A stretch of 64,000 nucleotides of DNA from Octopus sinensis (GCF_006345805.1 NC_042997.1:82088001-82152000); one strand, 5' to 3'. Positions 1 through 13,249 are shown, counted from the stretch's first letter. Program-made: numbers and translations. The notes: generated by a model from the letters alone, not told the origin.

Positions 1-1910
1 ACATAACCCAAAAGTGTTCTATTCTTATGCAAATAAGCATAGAACCACTGTCTCACCCATTGGGCCATTGATTGATGATAACGGCATTCCCCAACACGAT
101 GCTAAAGAAATGGCAGAAATACTGCAGAAACAATACTGCTCTGTCTTTAGTGTTCCCACTGATATTGACGTAAGGGAAACGAACGAAGTTGACTCCCAAC
201 ACAAAATCTCAGACATAACCTTCACTGCCACCGACATCGTAGCAGCAATAAATTAGGTCAAACATTACTCTGCTGTAGGCCCTGATAGATTTCCCGCTAG
301 TCTCCTGAAGGAATGTAGATACCAACTTGTAGTCCCCCTGACCAACCTCTGGAGAAATTCGTTAGACGCAGGTTATATACCGAAACAGTTTCTATCCCAG
401 TCGGTCATCCCGGTTTTCAAACAGGGAAACAGATCCCTCGCAGTCAACTATCGCCCAATCTCACTCACCTCCCACATCATTAAAGTGAATGAAAGAGTGT
501 TAAGATCAAGGATAGCTGACTTCCTGGAGACACACAAACTCCTAAATGCAAATCAGTATGGCTTTCGCTGTGGCAGGGACTGTCTAACACAGCTCTTAAA
601 CCACATTGAAGATCTACTCAAAGCCTTGGGAACAGGTTCGAACTCTGACGTCATATATCTTGACTTCAGTAAAGCGTTCGACAGGGTAGACCATAACATC
701 CTACTCTCAAAATTGGCAAACGTTGGAATCCGTGGAAAAGTTCTACACTGGATTAAGTATTTCCTGGCGAATAGAACACAACATGTTGTAGTTGATGGAG
801 TCCACTCAAACCCAGCAAAAGTCACCAGCGGTGTTCCCCAGGGAACTGTTTTGGGTCCGCTACTCTTCATAATTTACGTAAACGACCTTTCCAGTGTCGT
901 ACATTACTGCAAAGTGAAAATATTTGCTGATGACACTAAGCTCCAGCAAATCGTCAATGAAGAAGCAGACCGATCACATCCAGTCTGATCTATATGCTGT
1001 GAGTCAATGGGCAGACAGAAACAAAATGCAACTGAATGAGGGAAAATTTGAGCTGATGCATTTTGGAAGAAATTCCTCACTAAAACAACCATACTCTCTT
1101 CCTTCAGGGGAACCGCTCACAGCCTCTAACAATATCAGAGACCTGGGTGTAATCGTTGATGACGATCTCAGTTGGAGTGCACACATCAATAAGAAGGTCG
1201 ATATAGCTCGTAGGATGAGTTCCTGGATCTTAAGAACTTTCCGGTCCAGAGAACAAGGTGTCATCATACCACTTTTTTCCTCCTTTGTACGGCCACACCT
1301 TGAATACTGCTGCCCACTGTGGTCTCCTCACACAAGACAAAACATCTCCAGAATTGAGTCACCCCAGAGGGCACTCACTAAACAAATTGAAGGCATGGCT
1401 GCTCTCGATTATTGGGATCGCCTTAAAGCCTTGAAACTTTACTCCCTCCAGCGTCACCGTGAGCGGTACATCATTTGTACGATGTGAAAAATATACCGCC
1501 AACTTTGCCCAAACGACCTAAACATTAGCTTCAAGGTTCATCCAAGACTTGGACCACGGGCTATACGTCCCCTGCCCAATTCAAGATCACAACATACATG
1601 TACACTGCAACATAATTTCTTTTCCTCAACAGGCCCTGCCCTATTTAACATTGTCCCGAGGGAGATCAAAGAGGAAAAGGATCCCATCAACTTTAAACAG
1701 AGTCTGGATAGATTCCTTCAAAGAATACCAGATAAGCCACCCATAATTGGATACAACTCACCCAACAAGAACTCACTACTTGAACAAAACTTGACTTAAA
1801 CAAAACTGGACTTAAACAGGATTCGAATAATCCTATCAGGTGGTGCTATTAAGTTAGACATGGCCTGTACCAATCTTTGGTCGAAACATATCTAAGTTTA
1901 TCTAAATTTA
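1..1910 (+). mobile_element. CR1/L2-like non-LTR retrotransposon, 3' part (RT domain, C-terminus, 3' UTR), disrupted
   Basis: ORFs 14-256, 485-988, 924-1487 give RT motifs YLDFSKAFDRVDH, GVPQGTVLGPLLF, FADDTK and RPHLEYCCPLWSPH, broken by a stop and frameshifts; 3' end has short tandem repeats running into (TA)n. Confidence 0.9.
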
Positions 1911-2542
1911 TATGTATATATATATATATAAATATATAAGTAACAGTAGAGCTACAGGTGTCAATCCTGTATCTCTACTGTTACTAATTTTTATATTTCA
2001 TTCACCTGTCTCGGTGTCTGCCTTTCGTAAACATTATGGACATTATATTTAATATAATGTGCATTTTTGAATAGCTCAAGAGCGGGTTTCTTCACTCAGC
2101 TAGGTCTAGTTGTCTATATACACTGCAAGAATATCATTCGGCCTGTACTTAGGTACCAAGTTTAATATGTAGTATTGTTGTGTGTATATTAATTCCACCC
2201 AACGAGGTGCCTCAATTTAAGTACTTAATTCAGCTGATTCTTAATCATACACACACACATACACACACACACACACATATATATATATTATATATATGTA
2301 TATGTATGTAAATATGTGTAAGTATATATACATATATATATATATATTTGTATGTATGTATGTATGCATGTATATATATAGATATTCATAGTAAAGCCAG
2401 TCGACACATAAAAGTGGCAGTTGAATGTTACTACTAGTTCAACCCCAGGCAGATTCCCCGCCGGCTGGTTATCGGTGCAACACTCTGCACTCTTTATATT
2501 TGGCAACTGGCATTACTGTTTAGTATACGTTTAGCTACTTTA

Positions 2543-2591
<49 letters not shown>

Positions 2592-4499
2592 CTGTGTGTG
2601 TGTGTGCGCGTGTGTGTGCATATGTCTGTGCCTGTGCCTGTGCCTGTGTGTGTGCTTGTCTGTGTGTATGTACGTCAGACAATAAATACGTACGCAGAAA
2701 ATCCTATCTTTATCTTAGATCACGCCTTAAAAATCTAACAATTGTTTTAATTGCATTAGCATATTCATGTACACACACACACATACACACGCACGCACAT
2801 ATATATATATATATATATATGTCCATATGCACACACATGTATGTATGTATATAATATAAATTAGAGATAAAACCACTATTATACAACTCAAACAGTGATA
2901 GACATAAACCAAAACATAAATAACAAATAAAATATATTTTTTTAAAACATATAACTAGATCTCAAAAAGTATAAATATGAATAATCAATACATAATAAGT
3001 AAAAAAACTACGTACATTTCATGGCTACAATTAAATTCGAATTACAATTCAATTTAGATTTAATTGAAATAAATTCAATTTAAAATTATAGTCAATCTTC
3101 AAGTTGACAATAATAGTTGAATAAATAAGCAAATAGAGTTAAACAATATTTATTTTAAAAATAAATGAAATAATAATTTTTTTCCTAGAACACATTTATT
3201 GTGTTAAATATTTAATATTTAAGGTTAAAAAAGAGTAAATTTAACAAATATAGTAATTAAAAATCTAAAATTTTTCTATCAATAAACGTATAAACATATA
3301 ACCAAAAATAAATTAGTCCATTATTACTTACATAAATATTATAGATATCTATAGAAAATATTTATTAAATACAATTTAAGAATTGAAAAATTCAAATTAA
3401 AAACGTATAACCTATCTTTATAAAATACTTATTATTACTATTATCATCACTATTGTCAAAAACATTTTACGATCTATATCGCAAAGCCACTAACTAATAT
3501 CTTAAAATTTACGTTCAGATATAATAATTATATACTAATGATAATTAAATAAATATCACTAACAAATAAAAAAAACTATAAATTCAAATTTAACTATCAA
3601 TAGTTATATAGAATACATTAATATTTTTTAAATAAAAAGAGTTTACTTATATCTCGAAAAGCGTGTCATTAACTAAAATTTCAAAACGGAAAACGTCTTT
3701 ATAAGCGTTTATAAGAAACTCGTGGAATTACGTTAACAGAAACAGAACAAACAGATGGAAATATACATTTATCAATGAAAACTACGAATATATTTTAGCT
3801 TTAAGAGATAAAGAGAACAAAGTCACTAATAGAGAATAGAATCACTACACTATATTATCTTTCACTATAAAACTAAAATTCAGAATTAACTACGATAAAT
3901 TATACTCAAAACTCTATCAATTAAAATAATTTATATAACTACTATTTATTGTATATTTTCTAATAATCTTATACAAATTAATTTATTTCATATATATAAA
4001 AATATGGTCACGTTGGAATCAAATCTTTATTTAAATAAAACAAATTTTAGACACACTCTATATTAACTCAGTACTAATTCAATCAGTATCTATATTATAA
4101 CTACTAATTAATAAACTTAAGTTAATTTAAAAACTATAATGTAATTAATAATATCAACCACAACAATAACAAAAAAAAGAAGAAACAACTATCTTTTAAT
4201 CTATATTCATTAAATAAATTATATATTTAGTAATAAAATAAACATCTAAATATAAATCTAACTCTAAATATTAAAAAAAAACTTTTACTAACTCTTATTG
4301 ACTTATACTCAAACCACCTACAGAAGTGCAACCCCAACACTACTATAATTATTTAATTAATTTAATAATGAATATTAATTTAGACTTATTAAACTACGTA
4401 ATATACAATATAAAATCACATGCTAAATTTTAGAATTAATATTAGTACAAAATATAACTACAAATTAGAAACAAAAATAGGCTTTAAATATAGTGGCTA

Positions 4500-5247
4500 T
4501 TTTTCTAAAATTTATTATATAAGTAAAGTAATTTGTGTCTACATTTAATTTTACTCTCGTCCAATGAATTATGATTATTAAATATTTCTTTAAATTCACT
4601 AGAACATAAAAAAAAACAGGAATTACTACCTATACTATATGATTCCGCCTTGCAAATTATCTCCCACTTTAAATTATACTTAATTCGTTGGGATTTAATT
4701 TCCCATATGTATTTGCAAAGCTCAGTAGAATTCATAAGATTTCTGTTCTCAAAGAAATGCATATGCTGAGCTATTCTTGATTTAATTTTAGAGGAAGTAG
4801 ACCCTATATAAATAGCGTTTAAGTTATTATTATTCCTATTATTCTCATTAATTAAAGTAACGATAATTTATATGCAACATCATGTAAATTACATTTATTA
4901 TTAAATTTACAATTACTTTATCTCTATATGTACAATCTATGTGTACGTTATCTTTATTATTATTGGTATGATTATAAAATTTCGTTTTATAAAAATTATT
5001 CAACTTAAATTTGTTAAAAGAAATAATGTCACCTACATTATTAGTGGTAGAATACCCAACTCCAAAATTATTACCAGAGAAATTTTTTTTATATTTACGA
5101 TTATCATGAATGGATTGTTCAATAATATTTAAAATCTCTTTAATAATATTAGTTTTAACTTGAGCCCCATAAGGAACAATTAATCAAATATTATTCCTAT
5201 TATTACTATTATTATTAATAATAATATTATTGTTATTATTATTATGG

Positions 5248-5313
<66 letters not shown>

Positions 5314-7026
5314 TTCCTTTTATAGTATTATTAAAATGATTATTACCATTTATTGAACTTAAATTAAAATAAAAATTAGTCTTCTTTCTATCGTTATTTT
5401 TATTTATATTTTTATTATTATTATCATTATTATTATTATTATTATAATTGTTGTTGTTGTTGTTGTTGTTGTTATTATTATCAATGCTAGTATTATTATT
5501 ATTACTACTACTATTACTACTTTTATTACTATTATAATTATTATTAATATTATTATTAAAGAATCTAATATTATTATTATATCTTGCCTCTCGCAGGGCT
5601 TCATTATAATAAGGTGCATGTATATTGAAAATCTCTAAATCATAAGAAAATAATGATATTCGTTTACTAATATTATTTATCAACGATTTCTTAATTGATG
5701 GTGGGTGATTACTATTAGCATCTATATATCTAAGGTTTTCATTAAATTTATGATATGGTTCGATTTTACCCGTTATTAAATTAAAATTAACATCTAAATA
5801 ATTTACATTATATTTCTCGTTATATATAGTAATACTTAAACATTATCTTTTAAAGAAACTATATAGTTTCTTCTTATATAATTCTAGTTTTCTATTAGTG
5901 AAATTCTTAGTAATTAATAAAAGGTCATCCCTATATAAACCACCCTCTAATTTTAAATTTTCTAATTAAAGTTCAGATAATAAATAAATACCTACAAAAA
6001 TCCGTAGCTTGTACAGAATCGGATGCCCCCATAGGTATATCAAAATAGTCTCTAGTATCCTTCCTAGCCCATAATTTTTTATTATATCTAATAAACGATT
6101 TTCTAGCCATTTTAAGTACATTAACTTCATCAAAAGTCATTCCTACCTTATTCATTGCATATATTAGGGCCTTATTAAACACAATTTCATTAATAGAAGA
6201 GTAATAATTATCTATATCTATTTGAATAAATTTATATCGATTTTTTTTCTTTAATATTATTAAACCAATTTAGAGTATTACTATCACTAGTCCATGAGTT
6301 TAGGTAATTTAGATTTATTTGATCTATTAATATATTCATCCAAAATTAATTTACTCAATTTACCAAGGTCTTATTTACATGGATAAATTAATCTAATTTT
6401 AGGGTCTGAATAAAAATTATCTTTATGGTCTTTTAAAGTAATTCTGGGGTGCATGGGTACATAAGGTTTAGTTTTATTATCTAACTTATAATTCATCATT
6501 ATTAATCTAGAGGCCTTGTTTATAGTATAAAGTGTATTATCTGGAACACTTTTATATCTTTTAATTATCTCTTTCTCTAATAAGTTATTAATATTATTTA
6601 ACATCTAGTTTGTATAGATTCCTAGTTTTATCTGATTGTACAATAATACTATCCATATTTCTCACTTCTTTAATTCTAAATAGCTAAATTTCTTAAACAT
6701 TCATTATGTCTGTTTGGGTATTTATGAAATTTAATATTTTTCACCACCTTCCAAATATTATCTTCTAAGACCTGTATATCTGTATTATATGGGGGTTCGT
6801 TTTTAGATTTAAATTTAAAATTAAAATCATTTGTATTCACAATATCGTTAAAATTAGCTATATTACAGTTATAATAGTAGGCTTCCCATTTAATCCAAGA
6901 AACAAAATCCTTAATATTATTAAGAAGTTTCAAAATAAATTCTTTCCTAGATGGTATTGGAATATCAGTTAGTCTTTTACTGTCTATTAATATTAATTCT
7001 AATATTAATAATTATTGTACTCCAAC
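4500..7026 (-). mobile_element. Penelope-like element (RT + GIY-YIG), decayed, AT-rich
   Basis: Minus-strand pieces in the expected order: IPIPSRKEFILKLL..IKWEA (~6970-6880), SDKTRNLYKLD, ITLKDHKDNF..PKIRLI, FDIPMGASDS, NISKRISLFS..FNIHAPYYNEAL, VKTNIIKEIL, IYIGSTSSKIKSRIAQH, NSTELCKYIWEIK; several frameshifts. Confidence 0.88.
5200..5560. repeat. (ATT/GTT/ACT)n trinucleotide expansion inside the Penelope RT-EN linker
   Basis: Direct reading; gives the poly-Asn/poly-Ile of ORF 5180-5683. Confidence 0.95.
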
Positions 7027-7039
7027 CTTCATACCTATT

Positions 7040-7145
7040 TTACTGACGGGTGCTTTATAAGTAATTTACAAGTGAAGAAATCCATAATTAGACATCGTAA
7101 GTATTGGTATATTGGTTCTTCTGGTACTAGTTGGCAATCTAGATT

Positions 7146-7146
<1 letters not shown>
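7040..7146 (+). mobile_element. Penelope-type GIY-YIG endonuclease fragment, inverted relative to the adjacent element
   Basis: Translates GCFISNLQVKKSIIRHRKYWYIGSSGTSWQSRF, resembling the C..N.VYK...YIG.T...FK.R pattern; ends in (TA)n. Confidence 0.55.
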
Positions 7147-7199
<53 letters not shown>

Positions 7200-7209
<10 letters not shown>

Positions 7210-7480
7210 AATCCAAACGGGAAAACAGAAAAAACAACAACACGTGGAACAATTACAGTATTATTATTAATAGGCGCTCAGGAAAGATGGAAGCAGGAAG
7301 GTATGACGTTTCGAGCGGAGCTCTTCGTCGGAAACATAAAGATGGAAGAGAGAGGAAAGAAAGATCCCGAGGTGGGCAAACAGAGGGAGAAAAAAAAAGC
7401 GACTGGTGTTTACGAAGTACACATGGTGAAAGGCGGAAGTTTACGATAACAAGAGCAAAGTAGGTTTTTAAAGCCAAAAG
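7200..7480 (-). repeat. Penelope-associated interspersed repeat with hammerhead-like motif
   Basis: Minus strand CCGACGAAGAGCTCCGCTCGAAACGTC..CCTGAGCG; same family as 39800-39970. Confidence 0.5.
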
Positions 7481-7499
7481 AGTGGAGACAGGGTTGGTA

Positions 7500-8552
7500 A
7501 CGCAACAGATGTGTGTGTATGTGTGAGTGTGTGCGTGTGCGTGTGTGTATATGTGTGTGAGGCGAGATAAAAAACAAAAAATATATGTATATGTTAGTGT
7601 GTGCGTCTGTGTGTAGGCGTGTGAGGTAGGGCGAAACAGTAGTAGGCATAGCAGACAGTGGTCAGTAGTAAAAAAAATGAAGGAAGGAGGAAGGGAGGAA
7701 GGGGAAGGGGTGGGGGTTTATGTAACGTGCCAGTGTGTGTGTTGAGTGGTAGTGTGTGTGTGTCCAGTGTCGTAGTTGTATGTATGGCGAGTAGATTTGA
7801 AGTGTGTGTAAGAGTAATGTATATATTTAAGCAAATGTGTGTGTGTGAGTGGGTGTATGTATGTGTGCGCGTGTGTGTACAAAAAGGGGGGGTTTATAAG
7901 GAAAAAGGACTCCAGCTGAGGGGAAGATGGAAGAGTGGTCCCGCGGAGACGGGCGTGGGAGAACCCAACGACAGGCGACGGCCCCAGAAACGAGCCGGAG
8001 ATCTCGTCGGGTCCAAGAGCGAGGTGCATGCATGCGCGTATGCGTGTGCGAGCCGGCGCAAGCGCGTGTGTGCGCGCGCCTGCGAGTGTGTGTGTAAGGA
8101 TGTGTGTGTGTGGATGTGTGAGTGTGTCTGTGTGTATGTCTAGGTGTCAGTGTGTCCGATGAATGTATGTAAGTATGTGTGTATATATGTGTGTGCATAG
8201 ATGTATGTCCGTGTGTGTGTGTGTGTATGTGTATGAGTATGTATGTACGTGTGTGTGTGTGGAAGTGTGTGTATGTGCATGTGTGTGCGCGTACATGCAG
8301 GTGTGTGAGTGAGTGTGTGTGTATGTATGTGTGAGTGTGTATGTATGTGTGTGTAGGATGCATGTATGTCTATGGGTGTATGTATGTGTGTGTATGTATG
8401 TATGTGTACGTGCGTGTGTGTGTGTGTATGCATGTATGCATGTATGCGTGTAGGTGTGCGCGTGTGCATGCATGCATGCATGTGCGTATGTGTGTGTGTG
8501 CATGTGTGTGGGTATATATGTATGTGCGTATATGTGTGTGTATGTGCGTACA

Positions 8553-8592
<40 letters not shown>
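7500..8592. repeat. Complex (TG)/(TGTA)/(TA) microsatellite block with a short GC-rich island (~7910-8030)
   Basis: Direct reading. Confidence 0.9.
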
Positions 8593-8595
<3 letters not shown>

Positions 8596-9025
8596 AAATC
8601 ATGGTACTGTGGATGATAGAGCATCGCGTGTTTGCCTACGAATGTTACGCGTCAGACAAGCTTTGATACGGAGTCCGAATTGCTCTGCTCGGAGGCATTC
8701 CACTGAACTTGGCATCGGTAATCGATCGGTTAGGAGTATTTTGCATGAAGACCTGAATTTCCCCGTACGAATTAGTCATTGGGCAACATCTGAAACCATG
8801 GAACTATGCACAGAGAAATGCTGGAGAGAGTGGAGGCCAACTTCCAAGAACGCCTTCAGAAGTGCATCTGTTAAAACGGACACCACATGATGAATGTTGT
8901 TTTGCACACTGATTTTAACAAATACCAATTCAATACAAACACATTGATAACAATAAAGTTTGTAGCTCAGATTAAAGATTTTGTGAATTTTTCAAAAACA
9001 TCCATCCTCTCTGCCCCATCCTATA
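8593..9025 (+). mobile_element. Internally deleted Tc1/mariner-type DNA transposon
   Basis: Fragments MVLWMIEHRVFAY, VRQALIRSPNCSARRHSTELGIGNRSVRSILHEDLNF and MLERVEANFQERLQKCI; 3' end CTGCCCCATCCTATA resembles a mariner TIR plus TA. Confidence 0.65.
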
Positions 9026-9189
9026 TAAATAATTGTAGAACTGATAATATGTATGGTGAAGTTAACGTTACTGATAATCATCCAGAACAAGATTTAGAAT
9101 CTATACTTGATCAAAACGCTGATAATATTGTTAGTCTTTTACTTTGTATTAATATTAATTCTAATATTAATAATTATTGTACCCCAACA

Positions 9190-10815
9190 ATCTTGCGACA
9201 TGTTAGTGTTGCTGATGTCACCTTCACATTATGGACAAGGTCCACATTATCTGTGAAGCAGAAGTCTAATGTGTTGTTTCTCCCTGGCTGGCCTGAGTAT
9301 CATTAGTTCCATGAACAGCATATTAGTAAGTTCAACTAATGATTCTATATGCTTTTGTTCATGCAGTGACATCCCAGAGAGAATTTGGCCTTCTGGACTG
9401 AAGCCACCCAGGAAGTGTATGTTGATGTTCTGATCGATGTGTTTGAGGCTATCCTCAAATTTGCCATCATATCTTGTGGTATTCGGCGGACAATATATTG
9501 TGCATGCAGCTACATCAACCTGCTTTATATATATTATTAAGGTGTCGCAAACTGAGTTTGAATGTGACAGTAATACAAAAAGTGTGACATCTTCACGGAT
9601 GTACATAGCAACTCCACCGTGATTTCTCGCTCTTCTGTCTGTACAAAATACAGCATACTCTGGTATATGTACTTCCGCATCTGTTTAGGTGCGTTTCAGT
9701 GAGTGCCATGCATATTATTTGATTGCATGTAGCAAGCCCTTTTGGAATGAATATTTTACCTCTGTTGCTAAGTTTTAGCAGACCTCCAATGTTCAGTAGC
9801 AGTAAGAATATGAGTGTGATATCAGAGTGGGTGTTAGTGGTGGCCATCCTGGGCCTGTCACCTGAGGTGGTCTTGTGCATTGAAATGCATGGCTTTGACT
9901 TTGCATCCTGTTCATCCATGTCAGCTGCTGCACTATCTTCTGGGCCATATTTAAAAAAAGACTTGTTCGATAGCTGCAGTTCCTACAGTATCTGCATATT
10001 GCCTTTTGAAGGATACAGAGTGCTTACGTTGATCTCTTCTCCTACTCTTTTGAGACGCATTTCTTCCTGTTGGAGCACTATTCGCCTGCAGATCCATGCT
10101 TGATGATTTCACTCTATGTTTTTGCTGGTTTTGTTTCAGGTTACCCTGCTTGTTGTTCCGATAAAATTTATGATGGGCAAAGCTGCATCTCTCTCCCTTT
10201 TATCCATGCCAGCTAGTGCCATTTAAATAGAATTTACATACACCCTGAGCTCTATCAGTTTCTGTCTTTGTGCTCCTTCGTTTTTCCTTTTCGGTTTTGG
10301 GTCTTTGTCTTTGTTCATGTTCTTCCTGTTACCTTTGGACTTCAGGGCATTAGTGTTCCTGGTTGCGTCAGTTTCTTGTCTGCCTCTCTTTTTCACGACA
10401 GTCCAGCTTTTGACTGTTCTTATCGCAACCGTTGCTGCTGTCAGTGTTGCTTTTGAGGCCAGTGGTGTTCACAGTTTCTTTTTCAGTGCTGTTTTTCGGG
10501 CCAATGATGTTCGCAGTTTCTTTCTTTTCCTTTTTTTATATTGTCTGTTTATTCTTCATTGGTTTCCAGAAATACAGGGTCGTCCTTGAGCCCTTCTGTT
10601 TCCTTCATTATCTTTTCTAGTAGGTCGATATGTGGCTTGACAAGATCATAAGAGCATATGGACTCTTGTTTCTTTCGCACGATCTGTGCCATGAACCTTT
10701 GGTAACCATAGCTCTTCAAAGCCGCCGCTATAAGATCGTTGGACGGAGAACCGTCGCTCATGCTCCAGCTTTGGATAAAAAGACGGAACTCATCGAACTG
10801 CCAATTTCGACACAT
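9190..10815 (-). mobile_element. CR1/L2-like LINE, 5' part (putative ORF1 remnant and AP endonuclease), disrupted
   Basis: LLLNIGGL..K..MALTETHL and TIYCPPN..F motifs of APE-type endonuclease in ORFs 9593-9919 and 9247-9606; the ORF1 assignment of upstream pieces is inference. Confidence 0.7.
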
Positions 10816-10821
10816 CCCTTG

Positions 10822-11061
10822 TATTGAGTTGGTGCATAATTATTGCGGCTTTTTTTTTTCAACAAAAACAATAACAAGTAACAAAAACATCTTTAAATGA
10901 TTATTCCGGAGCATGTTCACCATCTACTTTAATTACTGCTTCCCATTTGCTTGGCAGACGGTCGGACTGTCATTTAAAGATGTTTTCGTTAAATATTGTT
11001 ATTGCTTTTGTTTAATAAAATTTGTTGTAAAAAGCCGCAATAATTATGCACCAACCCAATA
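10822..11061. mobile_element. Mariner-derived MITE with TA TSD
   Basis: TATTGAGTTGGTGCATAATTATTGCGGCTTTT (10822) and its reverse complement ending 11061, one mismatch; interior retains minus-strand mariner C-terminus LPSKWEAVIKVDGEHAPE. Confidence 0.9.
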
Positions 11062-11786
11062 TTTTGTTTGCCTGAATCTGACTGTACAGATTTGCGGTTG
11101 TTGGTATCCATCAGTTGATTTTTCGTAAAATAAAAGGCGAGAAAGAAAAAGAGCGGAAATGTTCTGAGAGAGAGAGAGAGAGAGAGTAATACGAAAGTTT
11201 GTGTCGAAGAGAGAAAGAAAAGGAAAGGTCAATGAGATAAGGAGTCTGAAACAAGAGGTGTCGCTATGTGTAGGGGAGAAATAAGGAAGTCTATGACAAG
11301 GTAGGAGAAAGAGAGAAAACAGTATCGTTAAGTGCTAAGATGACACTAAATAGTATACTTTACGTATGTTCAAAAACTCGAAATATATAAGCTTTATAAC
11401 TTTAGGAACTTTCAGAAAGGGAGAGAGGGGGGGTGGAGATACAATGTTTAAGGAATGTGAGAGAGTCTAAATAGTGTATTTACCAAAGTTCAATGTATCT
11501 GAAATATATAACTTTATGAACGTTCAGAGAGAGAGGATGAGAGAGGGGGGAAGAGAGAAGGGAGATGAGAGAGAGGAGAAGAAAGAGGGAGAGAAGTGAT
11601 GTTATGTACTGAAAATGGAAAGACAGAAAGAGAAAGTTTAAGTAGCGATAGTGAAAGAGTCTAGATAGTGTACTTTGCGAAGGTTCAATGAATCGAAATA
11701 TATAACTTTAAGGACAGAGAGAGAACAGTGATGTTATGTGCTGACAAGAAACATACGTGCATGTGTGTGTGTAAGCAAAATATTTA

Positions 11787-11892
11787 TAGGCGCAGGAGTG
11801 GCACCTTGGCCAAGTGTCTTCTACTATAGCCTTGGGGCAACCAAAGCTTTGTAAGTGGATTTGGTAGCCGGAAACTGAAAGAAGCCTGTCCG
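11787..11892 (+). mobile_element. tRNA-derived SINE, internally deleted
   Basis: GGCGCAGGAGTGGC joined directly to ACCTTGG..AAGTGTCTTCTACTATAGCC..GGAAACTGAAAGAAGCC; homologous to 46555-46693 and 47540-47700. Confidence 0.8.
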
Positions 11893-13249
11893 TATTTTTC
11901 AACTGATCGTGCTGAAATTTTACACTTAGGTAAAAGACGTCAAATTTTATAACATAATCATTAGTTTCAAAGTGAGATTTGTCCTTTTTTAATCAAAATC
12001 TTGATGGAAAATCCGATTTCAATAGCTCTTATTGGCTATCTTTCCGCAAATCACGTATGAACAGCCGCTATTTTCGTCCAATCAGCATCAGAGCATTAAT
12101 TGCATTAAGCTTTCTAAGTAATTTCATGAAAAAAAGCATGCGATAGCAGTAAAAATCGATATCATCCTAGAATGGGCTGTCCTCGAACACGTGCATCCAG
12201 GCATGTCATTTTATGTTTAATAAATAAACTGACACAAAAGAGTAAGACGACAAGGCAATTATTTGGAATAAGTAAAAATGAAATAAAATATTAACTTTAA
12301 CGAATGAATGGCACTAATTGGCGATCAATCAACTGTTAATATTTTCTCACATCAAAATTCAATTGACAGTGGAAAACGACAAATTGATTGGTAATTGAAC
12401 GTAAAAGTTTGGGTGACAAATATCTAAACGTTTAGCTAACAGCTTTTTGTATAAAACAAAAAAATGAGCGGTATTTTTCGACTTTTGCGTTACTCACTTG
12501 ATTTGACACGTACATGCCCATTGTTTATTCTTTAATTCCATTTCATGAAGAAGGAATATTAGTATCGACATTTCAAATTATGAGTTATTTTTTATCAGTA
12601 AGCATAACTGAACAAATTTTTCTTATCATTTTTACGAATTTTGCAAATGAAATCAATCGGTTATATTCTTAAAAAAAGCACTATTCAATCGGTTCTAGTA
12701 GCTCATTCATCGACAAGGTTTGCTATTTTATCGGTCAACATTGCATATTGCCGAAGCCTATATTCCATTTGAAGTTTTCCGGTTACGTGGACTTTTCATT
12801 ACTTCCAAATAATTTCCCAAAGAAAGCCCGGTTGTGGTTGTCTCTCATTTTCAGGGAAATCCTAGAAACCGTTTCGATTTGCATACTCTTTTTATTTAAA
12901 TTTTGCACTTAAGTGTAATATTTCTTAGAAATAGCCTTTACCTTCTGCTACCTGTCAGTGCACTAGTGTTTACATCGATCGTATACATTTTATCACAATT
13001 GCACTTTTGGTCGATAGAATATCGATTTTCTCGAAATACGTTCTGTCTACATGTGCTTATAGATGTGAATGCTCATTCACAACTGTCCGCATCCACGTGC
13101 CATTTGGTACTTACAACACCATTGTAAATAATTATGCGCTTTAGCACTGTGGGAATTTTTGTGTTGAAATACCAAATTTAGTGCTTGCAAACAGCAACGA
13201 GGTAAATTTAATTGATTTTTTAAAGATTCATTCAATTGCAGAATTTCGA

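Noticed and set aside
3730-4140. Plus-strand frame interrupted mainly by TAA/TAG (alternative code or RIP-like idea)
   Set aside because: Stop density is compatible with very AT-rich non-coding DNA, no recognisable motif, and the neighbouring Penelope ORF retains CAA codons and is broken by frameshifts.
11890-13200. Possible DNA-transposon remnant or Helitron 5' region
   Set aside because: No TIR, TSD or coding motif that I could support.
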